NCBI RefSeq assembly: GCF_009914755.1 | Contig: NC_060926.1 | Origin: the human T2T-CHM13v2.0 reference genome, Homo sapiens | Strand: one strand, 5' to 3' | DNA length: 64,000 nt | Shown here: positions 1 to 13,679 of the stretch, piece after piece | Layout: each line of letters begins with the position of its first letter | Position numbering within the stretch: position 1 is the stretch's first letter | Made by a program: the position numbers and the translations under genes | Notes under the pieces: generated by a model | What the model saw: only the letters and a program-made list of their open reading frames with translations | Databases searched by the model: none | Told to the model about the DNA's origin: nothing

Positions 1-601
1 ATTCTGTAGAAGTCACCCACGTAGACTTTGTCATAAATTTGTTTCATATAGTTGCTGTCCTGACATTAATTTTAAAGCCTGACCTAAGTTCTTTGAAAGT
101 CAGTTTACCTCATCACCTTTGGCCTAGCTAAAACTTCCTCTCCCTGTGTAGTTGTTTGAAATATAGCCTCATTCCACTGACCCAAACCCCATACACTCAC
201 AGCTGTTCAACATGATAAAACCTAATAGTCAAACACCAGAGTCTTGTAAATAAGTTCCTCTCTTACTGTGTGTTTTCTGTAAACTAGCCAATCCACAACC
301 CCTGAAGGAAAGACTCCTCTTCTTTCCCTCCCCCACCAGTTGACCTCTGTACCTCCTCCAGGCTTCCCATAGACTTTGACCAGTGCCCCTAACATCTTTA
401 GGACCTGTGAGTAATAAATTTCTTCCGTTTTATGCATTTCGATTTTACTTTCGCATTGTTTCTTACCTGAGACATACACCAAAACCTAACTCCCCTACCT
501 ACTACCCCTTTCATCTGCACTATCATAAAGAGCGGCTATCTTGGCTTCTCACCACTTTCGAGAGAGAGCCCTCAGTATCAAATTAGAAATAAGCCATAAC
601 A
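1..601 (+). mobile_element. Partial solo LTR, probably ERV1 class (MER34/MER39-like), cut by the window edge
   Basis: U3-like 'ctagccaatccacaacccc', poly(A) signal context 'gtgagtaataaattt' near 408-421, ends '...gccataaca'. Family assigned by eye. Confidence 0.5.
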
Positions 602-1089
602 ATGAAATCACAACTTAATACTGAACAATTAATAAATGATATTTTCAAAGCAAAAAAACTTATAGTTAGGCCTTTGTTGTTCATGGCTCCATATATTATA
701 GGCAACCATGAAGTTAGTATTTAAAATATAGTCCTTTTTTACAATGTGTTCTTGGGAGGACATTGTCAATGGAGAACAGTTTTAAGTTGTTTTCCTACAT
801 ATGTGTTGAATTTAAACCTCACCTACCAAAACCACTGTTTTAAATAAACAAAAACTTCTTTAAAAGCCCAAGTTAGCAAAATCAGTTTGCATTAACAGTA
901 TTGTGACCCTGGGAATGTAGGTATTAATCAAAATATGCTATCTTAAGGAAGACCTGAGAATAGAAATATTATGGAAAAACTTTAATGAGTTAGAGTTTCT
1001 AAAACTTCTAAACTTTGAGACACAAAGATTTATGTGTAGCTGTCTGTGAAGAGACATAGGCTCTTTCTGCTGAGTTTGCATTAATCAAT

Positions 1090-1390
1090 ATGTATCACAG
1101 GAAATAGACTCTAAAAGGAAGACTTGCATGCAGAAGGTTTATTAGGAAAGGACCTCAGGATATTCGATTTTAAGAAAGTGAAGGTAGGACTGGGCAGACT
1201 AAGAAGCTTACCTGTAATTTACCTTCAACTTAGGTCTTTGTAACCCCGTATCAACTAGTCATTGCATCCCCTGAGAGGAAGAAAAACCTACAAGACTAGA
1301 CAATTCCTTGTAGTTAAGGACAATTCCCAGTGAGAGACATATCTATGACTCATCAGTAGCCAGTATTTCCAGCAGCTATAGGCTGGGTGC
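1090..1390 (-). mobile_element. Old ERVL-type LTR fragment (LTR16/LTR33-like), apparently split by the MLT1 that follows
   Basis: 'agactctaaaaggaagacttgcatgcagaaggtttattagg' resembles the reverse complement of an ERVL LTR 3' end with AATAAA. Confidence 0.45.
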
Positions 1391-1866
1391 TATATTCGTT
1401 TTCTATTGCTGCTGTAACAAGTTACCACTTTGTTGCTTAAAACAACACACATGTATTATGTGAAAGCTCGGAAGGTCAAAAGTCCAAGATTGGTTTCACT
1501 GGGCTAAAATTAAGTGTCAAGAGGGTTTTTCACTGGAGATTCTAGGGAAGAATTCATTTTCTTTCTTCCTTTTTCAGCTTTTAGAGACCACCATCGTACC
1601 TTTGCTTCTGACCTCCTTACATCTTCCAAGTCAGCAGTAATTGCCAATCTAATTTTTCTCATGCTGCATGACTCTAACTGTGACACTTCTTTCTCCTTTT
1701 TTACTTTATTAGAAACCTTGTGATTACATTGAGCCTACCTGAATGATCCAGGATAATCGTCCCATATCAAGGTCAGTTGAGTAGCAACCTTAATTCCATC
1801 GGCAACTTTACATCCTCTTTTCCATGTAACAGACATGTTTGAGGGACTGTTAGTCCACCTACAACA
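1391..1866 (-). mobile_element. MLT1 (MaLR) solo LTR
   Basis: 'ttttctattgctgctgtaacaagttaccac...ttaaaacaacac...aagtccaagattggtttcactgggctaaaat...gattacattgagcctacc...atccaggataatc' is the typical MLT1 minus-strand sequence; ends 'ccacctacaaca'. Confidence 0.85.
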
Positions 1867-4576
1867 GGTAAATTCATCCTGAAGAATGAGTGGCGCATAC
1901 AGTATATAGTTGTCAGATTGGTGAATTAGACAGAAAAATAAATAGGGCTGCCTTTATAAATCTTTGAGAGGGGCACTAATTTCTGCCATCTTCTGCCAAA
2001 ATGTGATATCTACCTTATATAGCTTAGGTAACACTCACATGCCATATACTCGGACACTGTAAATTTACATTTAAATGATTTTTGGTAAATTGATGAAGCT
2101 TTGCAGCCATCACTACAATCCAATATTAAGCATTTTCATTAACATAATAGTTTCTTCCTGCCCATTTTTAGTCCATTCTTATTCCCATAGCCAGTCCTAG
2201 ACAATTATCTACTTTCTGTCCTATAGCTTTGCCATTTCTAGACATTTCATGTAAATATTATACCGTATACAGTCGTTCGTATCTGGCAAATGTGGTATGA
2301 ATACAACACATTTTGTTTACTCATTTACTGGTTGATACACATTTGGGTTGCTTCCAGTTTGGGGCTGTTATGAATAATGCTAGTGTGAACATTCATATAC
2401 AAGTCTTTGCATGGCCATATGCTTTTATTTTTATTGAGTAAATACCTAGGAGTGGAAAGGTAGGGCCATATGGTAGATGTACTTTTTTTCTGAAGAAACT
2501 GCCAAACTCTTTCCCAAAGTAGCTGAACCATTTTTATTCCCACCAGCAATGTGTGAGGGTTCCAATTTTTCCACTTCCTTGCCAACACTCATTTTATGTC
2601 TTTTTAATTACAGCCATTACTGTGTGTGCGGTGGTATCTCATTGTGTTCTTCAATTACATTTCCCTAATTACTAGTGATATTGAGCATCTTTTCATGTGC
2701 ATATTAGGCATTCATATGTGTTCTTTGGTAAAATGTTTATTCAAATATTTCAACTATCGTTTACTTGGAATTTATGTCTTTTAAATATTGATTTGAAAAT
2801 ATTGATATTTTCTAGATGTAAGTCCTTTATCAGATATATGACTTATAAATATGGCTTGTATTTCATTTTATGTTGTGTTTCAAGTATAAAAGTTTCTAAT
2901 GTTCATGAAGTTCAACAATATAATGTTTTTAATAAATCATATTTTTGTACTGTAGCCAAGAGATTTTTGCCTATCCAAAGGCCATAAAGATTATCTCCTA
3001 GGTTTTCTCCAGAAGTTTTATAGTATTAGTTCTTATACAATATTTACATCTGTGACCCATTTTGATTTAATTTTTGTGTATAGTGTGGGGTAAGTTGCTA
3101 AGTTCTTTATTCTTCTTTTCTGTTGTTTTTGCATAGGAATACTAAGTTGTTCTATTACTATTTCTTCAAAAGCCCATTCTCTCACCATTTAATTATCTTT
3201 GATTCTTTACTAAAAATAACCAAATTAAGAGTTTATTTCCAAACTTTGAATTTGGTCCAGTTAGTCTATATGCTTATCTGTATGTACATTATGATTACAT
3301 TGTCTTTATTACTGTACTTTGAAAGTTTAGAAGTCAGGTATCCTATGCTTTCCAACTTTGTTCTTTTTAAAAATTTTTTTGACTATTTTAAAGCTATTAT
3401 ATTTACATAATAATTGTAATGATAGGCTTGTCAATTTCTACCCAAAAAATCTGATAAGCTCATGGAGACTTTTTTGAATCAATAGATCAATTTAGGGTGA
3501 GTTCGCAATTTGGGGAGAGATCAAAAGAATTATTGAATCTTTCTATCTATGAACGTGGGATTTTTACCAATTCATTTGGATCGTTGAACAGTTTTCCTAG
3601 CAATCTTTTATAGATTTTCAACGGACAAGGGTTGCATTTTTTAAATTAATTCCTGAGTAGTATTTTGTTTGTTGTTTTTGTGAATGGAATTTTAAAAAAT
3701 TATGTTTGCAGAATATTCATTGTAAGTGTATAAAAATATAATTGATTTTTGCATATTGATTTTATTACCTGTGACCATATTAAATGTGTTTATCAAATCT
3801 AGTAGGTATGTGTATGTGATTTCCTCAGAATTTTCTACATAGAGGATTATGACATATGTGAATTAATATACATAATAAATGGTTTTGATTCTTTCTTTTG
3901 AAAGAAAGTACTAGCTAGAAATTCTTGTACACTATTGAATAGATACAGTGAAAGTGGACATCTTTCAGTCTTTCACCATTAAGTATGATATTGATTGTAA
4001 GTTTTCTTGTTGGGTGCCTTTTAATAGTTTGAGAAAATTCTCATCTTTTTCTAATTGGCTAAGCATTTCATCAGAAATAGATGTCGGCTATGTCAAATAC
4101 AGTATCTGAATCTACTGAGATGATACTGTATGCTTTTCTTCCATTATTAATATTATGTATTACATGGATTTATTTTTTGGATGCTAATATAGTCTTGCAT
4201 TTTTGTGGAAATCCCAGATGATGATGGTGTGTAATCCTTTTTAAATATTACTGAATTCAGTTTGCAAATATTTTAAGAACATTTGCTTATTAGGACATTA
4301 TGTATTTTCCTTTTCTTGTGATGTTTTTGTGTGATTTGGCATCAGGGAGAATCCAGCCTCAAAGAGTGATTTGGGATATGTTCTCTCCTCTATTTTTTGA
4401 GGTTCATTAAGGGTTAGCATTTTATTTTCAGTATTTTATTTTAATTTTTTGTCAGCAACACAATTCTTTTGTTTTATTAAGTATTATTAGAGTTTTATGG
4501 TCTTTAGAAACAAAAAACAAACAGTAAATATTCTGTTGAAATTATCTACTTGATAGGTCTTGATTTAAAACTTACG

Positions 4577-5613
4577 TTTTTTTAACTTTTCTTTTAGATT
4601 TGAGGGGGTACATTTGAGTTTGTTACATAGGTAAACTCATGTCACAGGGGTTTGCTGGACAGATTATTTTATCACCCAGGAATTAAGCCCAGTGCCTCAT
4701 AGTTATCTTTTGTACTCTTCTCCCTCCTCCCACCCTCCACCCTCAAGAAGACCCCAGTGTCTGTCGTTTCCTCCTTTGCGTTTGTAAGTTCTCATCGTTT
4801 AGCTCCCACTTATAAGTGAGAACATACGCTATTTGGTTTTCTGTTCCTGTATTAGTTTGCTGAGGATAATGGCCTCCAGCTCCATCTATGTTCCTGTGAA
4901 AGATATGATCTCATTCTTTTTATGGCTGCATAGTATTCCATGGTGTGTATGTACCACATCTTCTTTATCTAATCTGTCATTGATGGGCATTTAGGTTGAT
5001 TTCATGTCTTTTGCTATTGTGAATAGGGCTGCAATGAACATTCACGTGCATGTGTCTTTACGGTAGAATGATTTTTATTTTTCTGGGTATATACCCAGTA
5101 ATGGGATTGTTGGGTTGAATGGTAGTTCTGCTTTTAGCTCTTTGAGGAATCGCCATACTGTTTTCCTTTACACCATGGTTAAACTAATTTACACTCCTCC
5201 CAACAGTGTATAAGTGTTCCATTTTTTCTGCAACCCCACCAGCATCGCTATTTTTAAATTTTTTAATAGTAGCCATTCTGACTATTGTGAGATGGTATCT
5301 AATTGTGGCTTTCATTTGTGTTTCTCTAATGATCAGTGATACTGAGTTTTTTTCATATGTTTGTTGGCCACATGTATGTCTTTTGAAAAGTGCCTGTTCA
5401 TGTCCTTTGCCCACTTTTTAATGGGGTTGTTTGTTTTTTAGATGCAGAGTCATATCATCTGCAAACAGAGATAGTTTGACTTCCTTTCTTCTTCTTCGGG
5501 TGCCCTCTGTTTCTTTCTCTTGCCTGATTACCCTGGCTGGGACTTTCAGTACTACTTTGAATAGGAGTGGTGAGAGAGGACATCCTTGTCTTGTGCTGGT
5601 TTTCAAGGGGAAT
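4577..5613 (-). mobile_element. Older L1PA (about L1PA13-16) 3' fragment with a ~1 kb internal deletion
   Basis: 3' end 'tttagatttgagggggtacat...gttacataggtaaactcatgtcacagggg'; ORF2 peptides ...RYHLTIVRMATIKK... and ...[12 protein letters not shown]...LSLFADDM are juxtaposed at ~5440. Confidence 0.9.
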
Positions 5614-7526
5614 AATATTTTTAGTACTTACCAGTGTGGCCATCTAGGTCTGAGTTTGACTTTTCTTTGTTCGAAGATATTTTATTAGATTACAGTGTTT
5701 GTTATATATTTATTTTAACATCTGATTTTTTCAGTCGCTTTTGGTAATTTGCATCTTTGTAGAAACATATCCATTTAATGTAAGTTATGCAATTTGTGGG
5801 CCTAGAGTTGTTCATAGTATTCCTTTTTAATGTTTTTAATTTTGGAAGGGTTAGTGATAATGTCCCTTTTAATTCCAGATTTTAGTGATCTGTGTCTTCT
5901 CCCTCTTTTTTTTTTATTCAGACTAGCTAAATATTTGTTAATTTTATTAATCGTTTCTGAAAAACCAACTTTTGTTTTCATTAATTTTTTTCAAGTGTTT
6001 TTCCTATTTTATTAATTTTCACTTTTTTATTTCATTTCTTCTGCTAGATTCAGGTTTAGTTTGCTCTCCATTTTCTGGTTTATTAAAGTGGAAAATTAGA
6101 TGATTGATTTGAAGCTATTTGTTTTTTATGACACATTGTACAAATGACAGATTTGTCTCCATGTACAGTTTTAGTGGTTTCTCATCAGTTTGAATATAAC
6201 TTTATTTTCCTTTTTTTCAGCATATTTTCTATTTTCCTTTTTCTTATTTGTGTTATTGGTTAACCACAATCATCGTGTTTCCTTTCTAAGTGCTTGGTTA
6301 TTTCCCTTACGTTTTCTCTGTAGCTTTCAAATTTAATCTTTTTGGCATTGGAAAATACACGTTTGTATCATTTTAATCGCTTTAAATTTGTTATGTTGCT
6401 TTGTGATCCAGTATATGGTCTATCCTGAAATGTGTTCCCTTTGGACTTGGAAGGAATGTGAATTCTCCTGACATTTGGTGGAATATGCTATAAAAGATCA
6501 AGCTGCCTAACACTACTGCTCATATCTTTTTAATACTGTTCAAATTATCTATATTTTTGCTGAATTTTTGTCTAGTTGCTCTGTTACTGATACTACTATA
6601 TGAACTCTCCAACTAATATTATTGAATTTTCTATTTGTCCTTTCACTTCTATCAGTTGTTGCTTCAGGTAGTCTTAAAATATCTTTCTGATGTATTGAAC
6701 TTTTCTTTTTTGTTTTTTGTTTTTTTTTTTGTCTCAAGTTATAGTTCTTATATTAGGCTTTTTTGTCTGCTTCTAATATAGCCACTCTACCTCTTTTAGG
6801 GTTACTGTTTGCATTCTATATATTTTACTATACATTTATTCTCAAACTATGGTATTATAGTTTATGTCTTGTAGATGTAAATGGATTTTATTTTGTTTAT
6901 TCTGTTTAAGTATTTTGCCATTTCATTAGTATGTTTAGTCCATTTATATTTAATGTTATTATTGATATATTTGTATCTGTCATTTTGTTGTATGATTTTT
7001 ATATATCTCATAACCTGTTTCTGTCTTCTACTTTCACTACTTCCTTTTTTTTAAGTATTTTAGGGTACCAATTTAATTCCTCTGCTAATTTATTTTTCAA
7101 ATATTAATATTTGAGGTTGAAATATGCATCTTAACATTTATAACAGCCTGCATCAGATTAATGTTAACTTAATTCTGGTTAAATGTAGGAACTGTATTCC
7201 AATAAAGTTTAATTTTCTTATTCATTCTTTGTGTTGTTATTGTCATATATATTATGTCTATGTAGGCCATAAACCCAAAAGTACAGTATTGTAGTTACTG
7301 TTTTATATAAATATATGTCTTTTAAACAATTTAAAGACAATAGAAACTTTTATTTTTATCATATATTTACTTTTTCTGGTTGTCTTAATTTTGTCCTTTG
7401 TGTTTTTAAGTTACCATTTGGTGTTACTTCCTTTCAGACTAAAGGATTTGCTATGTTATTTCATGGAAATCAAGTCTTCTATTGATAAATTTTATTTTAT
7501 TTTAATTTTAATTTGTGTTTATATAG

Positions 7527-7860
<334 letters not shown>

Positions 7861-8486
7861 TCACCTTTATTTTTGAACAAGCATTTTGCTGGTCATAAAA
7901 TTCTTTGTTGACAGGTGTTGTTTGTTTTCTTTAACCTTGCAAATACAACATTTCACTGCCTTTATATTGCCATCTTATCTGATGAGACGTCAGCTGTTAC
8001 TTGTATTGTTCTACTGTAGGTGATGCATCATTTTCATCCTTTTGCTTGCAAAATTTTTCTCTATTTTTCAACCCCTTTACTTTTTTGTGTCTAGGTGGAG
8101 ATCTCTTTGCATTTTTCCTATTTAGATTTATTTTCTTGGATGGGTTGATGAATGTTTTTAAGCATATTTGGGAAGGTTTTATTCATTCTTTGTACATGTA
8201 TGTTTTCGTCTTAACCCACAGATCAAGCAACCAGTGCAAGTGTTCTGCTAACTAGCCAGTTTATAGACTTCAATTACAAAATTGTATAATTATTAATATT
8301 ATTTAATCATTATTTAGCTATACACTTTATATCATTCATTAATTGTATAAAGTGTATAATCCAATTATACACTGAGAAAACAACTAGTATATGGGTCTCT
8401 GGATCTTGTAAATTAATTATGAGCTGGTCCCAGGCCAGGACGCATTTATTATCTGGCTGCCATCTGCCCTCATCTTAACAATGGCA

Positions 8487-8798
8487 GGCTTGGGCCTGCT
8501 GGCTCATGCTTGTAATCTCAGCACTTTGGGAGACTGAAGCGGGTGGAACACTTGAGCCCAGGAGTTTGAAACCAGTCTGAGCAACACGGAGAAACCCAGA
8601 CTCTACCAAAATAAAAATTAAAAAAAATTAGCCAGGTATTGTGGTACACACTTGTAGTCTCAGCTTCTTGGGAGGCTGAGGTGGGAGAATCACTAACCCT
8701 GGGAAGCAAAGGCTGTAGTGACCCTTGGTCATGCCATTGCACTCAAGCCTGGGTGTTGGAGTGAGACTCTGCCTCAAAAAAACAAACAACAAAAAAAT
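8487..8798 (+). mobile_element. AluJ
   Basis: 'cttgagcccaggagtttgaaaccag' and 'aggctgtagtga' are J-type features; A-rich tail. Confidence 0.9.
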
Positions 8799-9557
8799 GG
8801 TGGAAGTAATTGGTGATTTGGTTCTTTGAATATCAATTTCAATCAAGTCCCTATATTTAATAATTCTTAAAGTATATTGGCACTCCCTTTACTCATTACA
8901 TGGTTTTGTGGGTAGAATGTTCCTATGAACCACTGCTGAATACTCTGGTCGCAATATTGTAGTTTGTGATCGTAGAATTTGACCTCCAAATCAGTCAGTG
9001 GATTGTACATCTGAAAACTGACTCCGTACCGAAAATTGGGCAAAATATTGCAACTTTTTATTGGGAAAGCTACTCTCATCCTAATGATAATCAATTCTTG
9101 ATTAATTTTGTTTATACAAATAAGTGATAAATATGTTTCTTACTTTTAGAAACTGTTGTAGAATTTCATCCAGGGTGTCAAATTACATTTAGTCTTCATA
9201 TCTTCTCAGGTTCATCTTGGCTGTGATAGTTTCTCAGAATTTTCTTGTTTCTGATAACCTTGACAATTTTGAGAAGCAGTAATCAGCCATTTTGTAAAGT
9301 GTTACTCAGTTGGCGTTTATCTGATGTTGTTCTCATAACTATACTGAGATCATGCATTCCAGGGAGGAAAACCACAGAGGTAAAGTGCCATTTCCAATGT
9401 ATCAAAGTTACATTGTCTCAACGTGACTTTCTGTTAATATTAACCTTTAGTGGGGTAGTCTTTACCATTTTTCTCCACTGTAGAGTTATTTTTAATTTTT
9501 TGCCTTTCCATGTGGTACTCACTGTAAGGCATACACTATATGCAGCCATATTAAGAA

Positions 9558-9630
9558 CACATTGCCTATGTAACAAACCTGCACGTCTTGCACATGTATC
9601 CCAGTACTTTAAATTAAACTACAAAAAAAG
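9558..9630 (+). mobile_element. Very short 5'-truncated L1PA 3' end
   Basis: 'cctatgtaacaaacctgcacgtcttgcacatgtatcccagtacttta' plus an A tail; 'aagaa' on both sides (9553-9557, 9631-9635). Confidence 0.85.
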
Positions 9631-10888
9631 AAGAAATGAAGCACTATGCTCCGTCTTCTCCAGGGTAGAGCTTCTATATAAATATTTGAAGCTCTGCATG
9701 GACGATTTGGCTCTTCTACATTTATTTATATCAGTATGGAATCATAGGTTTTTGTAAGTTTGGGTTATAATTTCATATTTATTTAGCTCAAAGTTTTCCA
9801 ACTTTGGCCATTGCTAGCTCTTATAGTTGTTTCCCGGGTCATTTTGACATACTTTCATTTTTTTTAAAAAACATTTTAACTTACCAGCATTACTACACAT
9901 TCATCTCATCTTATATATTTCCTTCCCCAGACTTAGATTCAGCAATCTCTCCAAAGTGTCTTGGTTTCTTTTTTCTAGAATGGCATTACAAAACAAGATC
10001 TAGGTGTTAGGTATGTGCATAGATACCAGAGCGTCATTACTTCCAGGCCCTTTAAGTTGACAGGCAAAGAAAAAATGCTAACTTGCATATACACACATTT
10101 CTATCAATATTCTGTATGTAACCATATGTACCTATATAAAGCTAAACACGATTTTACACTGATCTCTCCAACTGTAATCCATTAACACATGAGTCATTCT
10201 GGCTTTCTTGTCTTCCTTATCTGTAACTTTTCACTCTGATAATATAAAATCTGGCTCCCACCACCTGTCATTCATTTACTTAATTGTTCAATTCAATTAT
10301 ACATCTATAGTGGTATCAAAATCATTAACCTGTACCCAAATGGGAAACATCTGTATTAAGTAGAGTACAGTGCACACATACAGCTTCTTTTGCCTTTCAT
10401 CATACCAAATTCACTCATTTCTAAAATTATTTATATTAACATATTATTCTAACTCCACTGAGGTTATTTCATGCATTTATAAGTAAGTTTTCTTTTTTTA
10501 CGTATTGCATTCCATCCTTGGATCCCTTCAGTTCCTAAATGATTTCTTAAAAATAGGTACAATTAAGGTTGACTCTATGCTAAAAAGTTCTGTGGGTCTT
10601 GGCAAATGCGTAGTGTCATGTATCTATCATTATAATGTCATACAGCATGGTTTCACTGCCCTAAAGAATTGCCTGTGCTTCACCTATTCAACTTTCATCC
10701 TTTCTTGGAAATCACTGGTCTGTTTACCATGTTTATAGTTTACCTTTTCCAGAATGTCATATATTTGGAATTGTAGAGCATATGGCTTTTTCAGACTGGC
10801 TTCTTCTATTTAACAGTATGCATTTCAGATTTGTCCATGTCTTTACCTAGCTTAATAACTCATTTTCTATGGCTAAATAATATTATAT

Positions 10889-10951
10889 TGTGTGTGTGTG
10901 TATATATATATGTATATATGTGTATATATATATACACACATATATATATGT
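10889..10951. repeat. (TG)n(TA)n compound microsatellite
   Basis: Seen directly in the sequence. Confidence 0.95.
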
Positions 10952-12500
10952 AGCAGTTTGTTTATCCACTCATTTATTGAAGTATATCTTGATTGTTTTC
11001 AGCTTGGGGTGATTATGAATCTGCTATAAACATTCATGAGCAGGTTTCTGTGTAGACATAAATTTTAAAATCACATGAGTAAATATCTAGTAGTGAGATT
11101 ACTGAATCACATGGTGAAACTACATTTAGCATGGTAAAAAGCTGCCAGACTGTCTGCCAAAGTGGCCCTACCAATTTTTTATTCCCACCACCAATGATTG
11201 AGTGTTCCTATTACTCCTCACCAGGGATTAATATTGCCAGATTTTTGGATTTTAACCATTCTGAGTAGTCATTTTGGATTTTAGCCATTGTAAATGAGTA
11301 GTCATTCTCCAAGCAATTTTTGTAAAGAAAATTGCAAGTCTTATAAAAGACACTGCTGTCAATTGTTTTATGTGGCTGTGGAGAGTACTCTTTAGTAGTA
11401 TACTTTATAATAGTTATGTATATCGTTAGGGTTAATTATACTTATTACTGAATTTTGCTGAGGCTTATACCTATGCTTTGGATTAAACTAAACTAGAATT
11501 TTACCTTTTTAAAAATTTAAACAACTTTATTATTAAACAGAATTACCCAGCCCAAATAAGCTATGCAATGATTAGTATGGCTGACCATTGGTTTTATGAA
11601 CATGGTTCTACCTCATATGGTTAAAGGTAAAAATTTTTAACATAATCATAGCCTAGATAACATTTTGATTTTCTTTCCAGTTACATAATTCGTAGCACTT
11701 CCAGATACCAAGCTTAATTTTTCCATTTATTCATGCATTTAGAAATGTTAATTATGTTTAGGTAATATGTGTCTCACTTTCTTTCATGCTCATATTAAGG
11801 GAAAATAAATTTCCAATAAAATGTCCTTCTTGTATGTTATAATCTACATCTTTATTTCCAAATTGGATAATTATTAGGCATATATTTAATAGCTACCCCA
11901 GGTTAAAAATGCTCAATATGACCTTAACTTTGAGAATGAAACATGCAATTTTCACTGTTTATTTAATTTTGCTATTTAACGTGCAATTTTAAAAGTGCAG
12001 TAGATCCTTTTACATTATTAACTGTCTTATATTTGTTTAAACTGTAGTCTTTTATATTGGATTCTAAAGAATGGAATTATATCTAAATTAGATCTTAGGA
12101 TTAAGAATGATCTGTTTTATAAATATGGTTCTCACTTTATATAATAAAGCTATCCTTAAAATATGTAAATCTAGTATTTGTAAATAAAAGAATATTTTTA
12201 AATGAATACTAAATAGGTGGGAGGAACTTACTAAAGAATCTGACTGTAATATTTCAAAATGACAAATTATCTTAAAAACCAAAGTCTGTTTTCATTCAAA
12301 TACTTATTTCTTTAAGATTAAACAGCCTAAGTTCAAAAACGTGCTTTTTCTTTTTGGTTCTATATATTTGAGGTACATTTACTTACTTCTCTTAATTTGT
12401 GGATGACAGTAAAAAGACAGAATTTAATTAACTTGGCCAAGGTCACATATCTGGAAAGTGATAAACAGAATATGACAGGAGTAGAATACATGTTTTTCTA

Positions 12501-12833
<333 letters not shown>

Positions 12834-13679
12834 TTACGCTACATTTACATTTGTGTTGTACTCCTAATCAGAATTAGTTAAAAACAGTGAATTACCAAGT
12901 ACAGGAGTGGGGAGTAAAGCCTAGCTATATTTGTATCATGACAATAATGGCATTGAATTTTGCTAGAAAAAATGCAGGAAAAAAAGCAGTCAACTTATAC
13001 AAATTGGTCTCTTAAACATTTTTAAATGAAATGTTCTGCTCTTAGCAATTGTGTCCTAGCTTTTTTTCAGACCAGCCTTCCCACTGAAAATAACTAAAAA
13101 CTGTACTAAATAATAACAATAACCATATGTTTGGAAACATCAGAAAGCTACCAAGCTAGCAAGAATTTGAAGGACCAAGACTCCCCAAAAAAGGGAAGAC
13201 GAGAAAGGTGAGCCCATTATTTTGAATCACGTTTCTTCCTCAGAGAATTTGCTCATTCAAAAGCTGGGACTTGGAAGCTCAGGAGAGCTTTCTCCATCTA
13301 ACATGGAAAGAGAAAGTGGGTATTTGAGTTTAGGTCTCAAGAAAGTTGGGGCTCCACACTCATTTGGGAGTCCCAAAGGGCTAAAGCTAAGGAAAAGAAT
13401 AAAGAAATGTATGATTGTTCACAAAGTCTGAAGTCCAGCTTCAAATCTCTTCATCCATTGAGTAGATAACAATGACTTGCACAAAACATAACTGCCCTAT
13501 AAAACATCAAACTTCATAAAAATAAAGAGAATTTTAAGAAAAAAAAAAAGACAATACTTTCAAACCTGCAGCTATGAGACTGAGAGCCGATTTCTTGAAG
13601 GAAAAAATGACAGCTAGAAAACAACGGACAGACTCTGAGTTCAGAAAGAACTAAATACCAAAATAGAATTCTTTAATAT

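Larger units (their letters stand above)
9130..11290 (-). mobile_element. L1MC/L1MD-type long 3' UTR plus the ORF2 end
   Basis: 'ctgtgatagtttctcagaattttcttgtttctgataaccttgacaattttgagaag', 'accacagaggtaaagtgccattt', 'ttttccagaatgtcatata', 'ctgccagactgtctgccaaagtggc'. Confidence 0.8.

Noticed and set aside
9245-9757. 170 aa plus-strand ORF
   Set aside because: It lies antisense within an L1MC/MD 3' UTR, runs through an inserted L1PA stub, and shows no recognisable domain.
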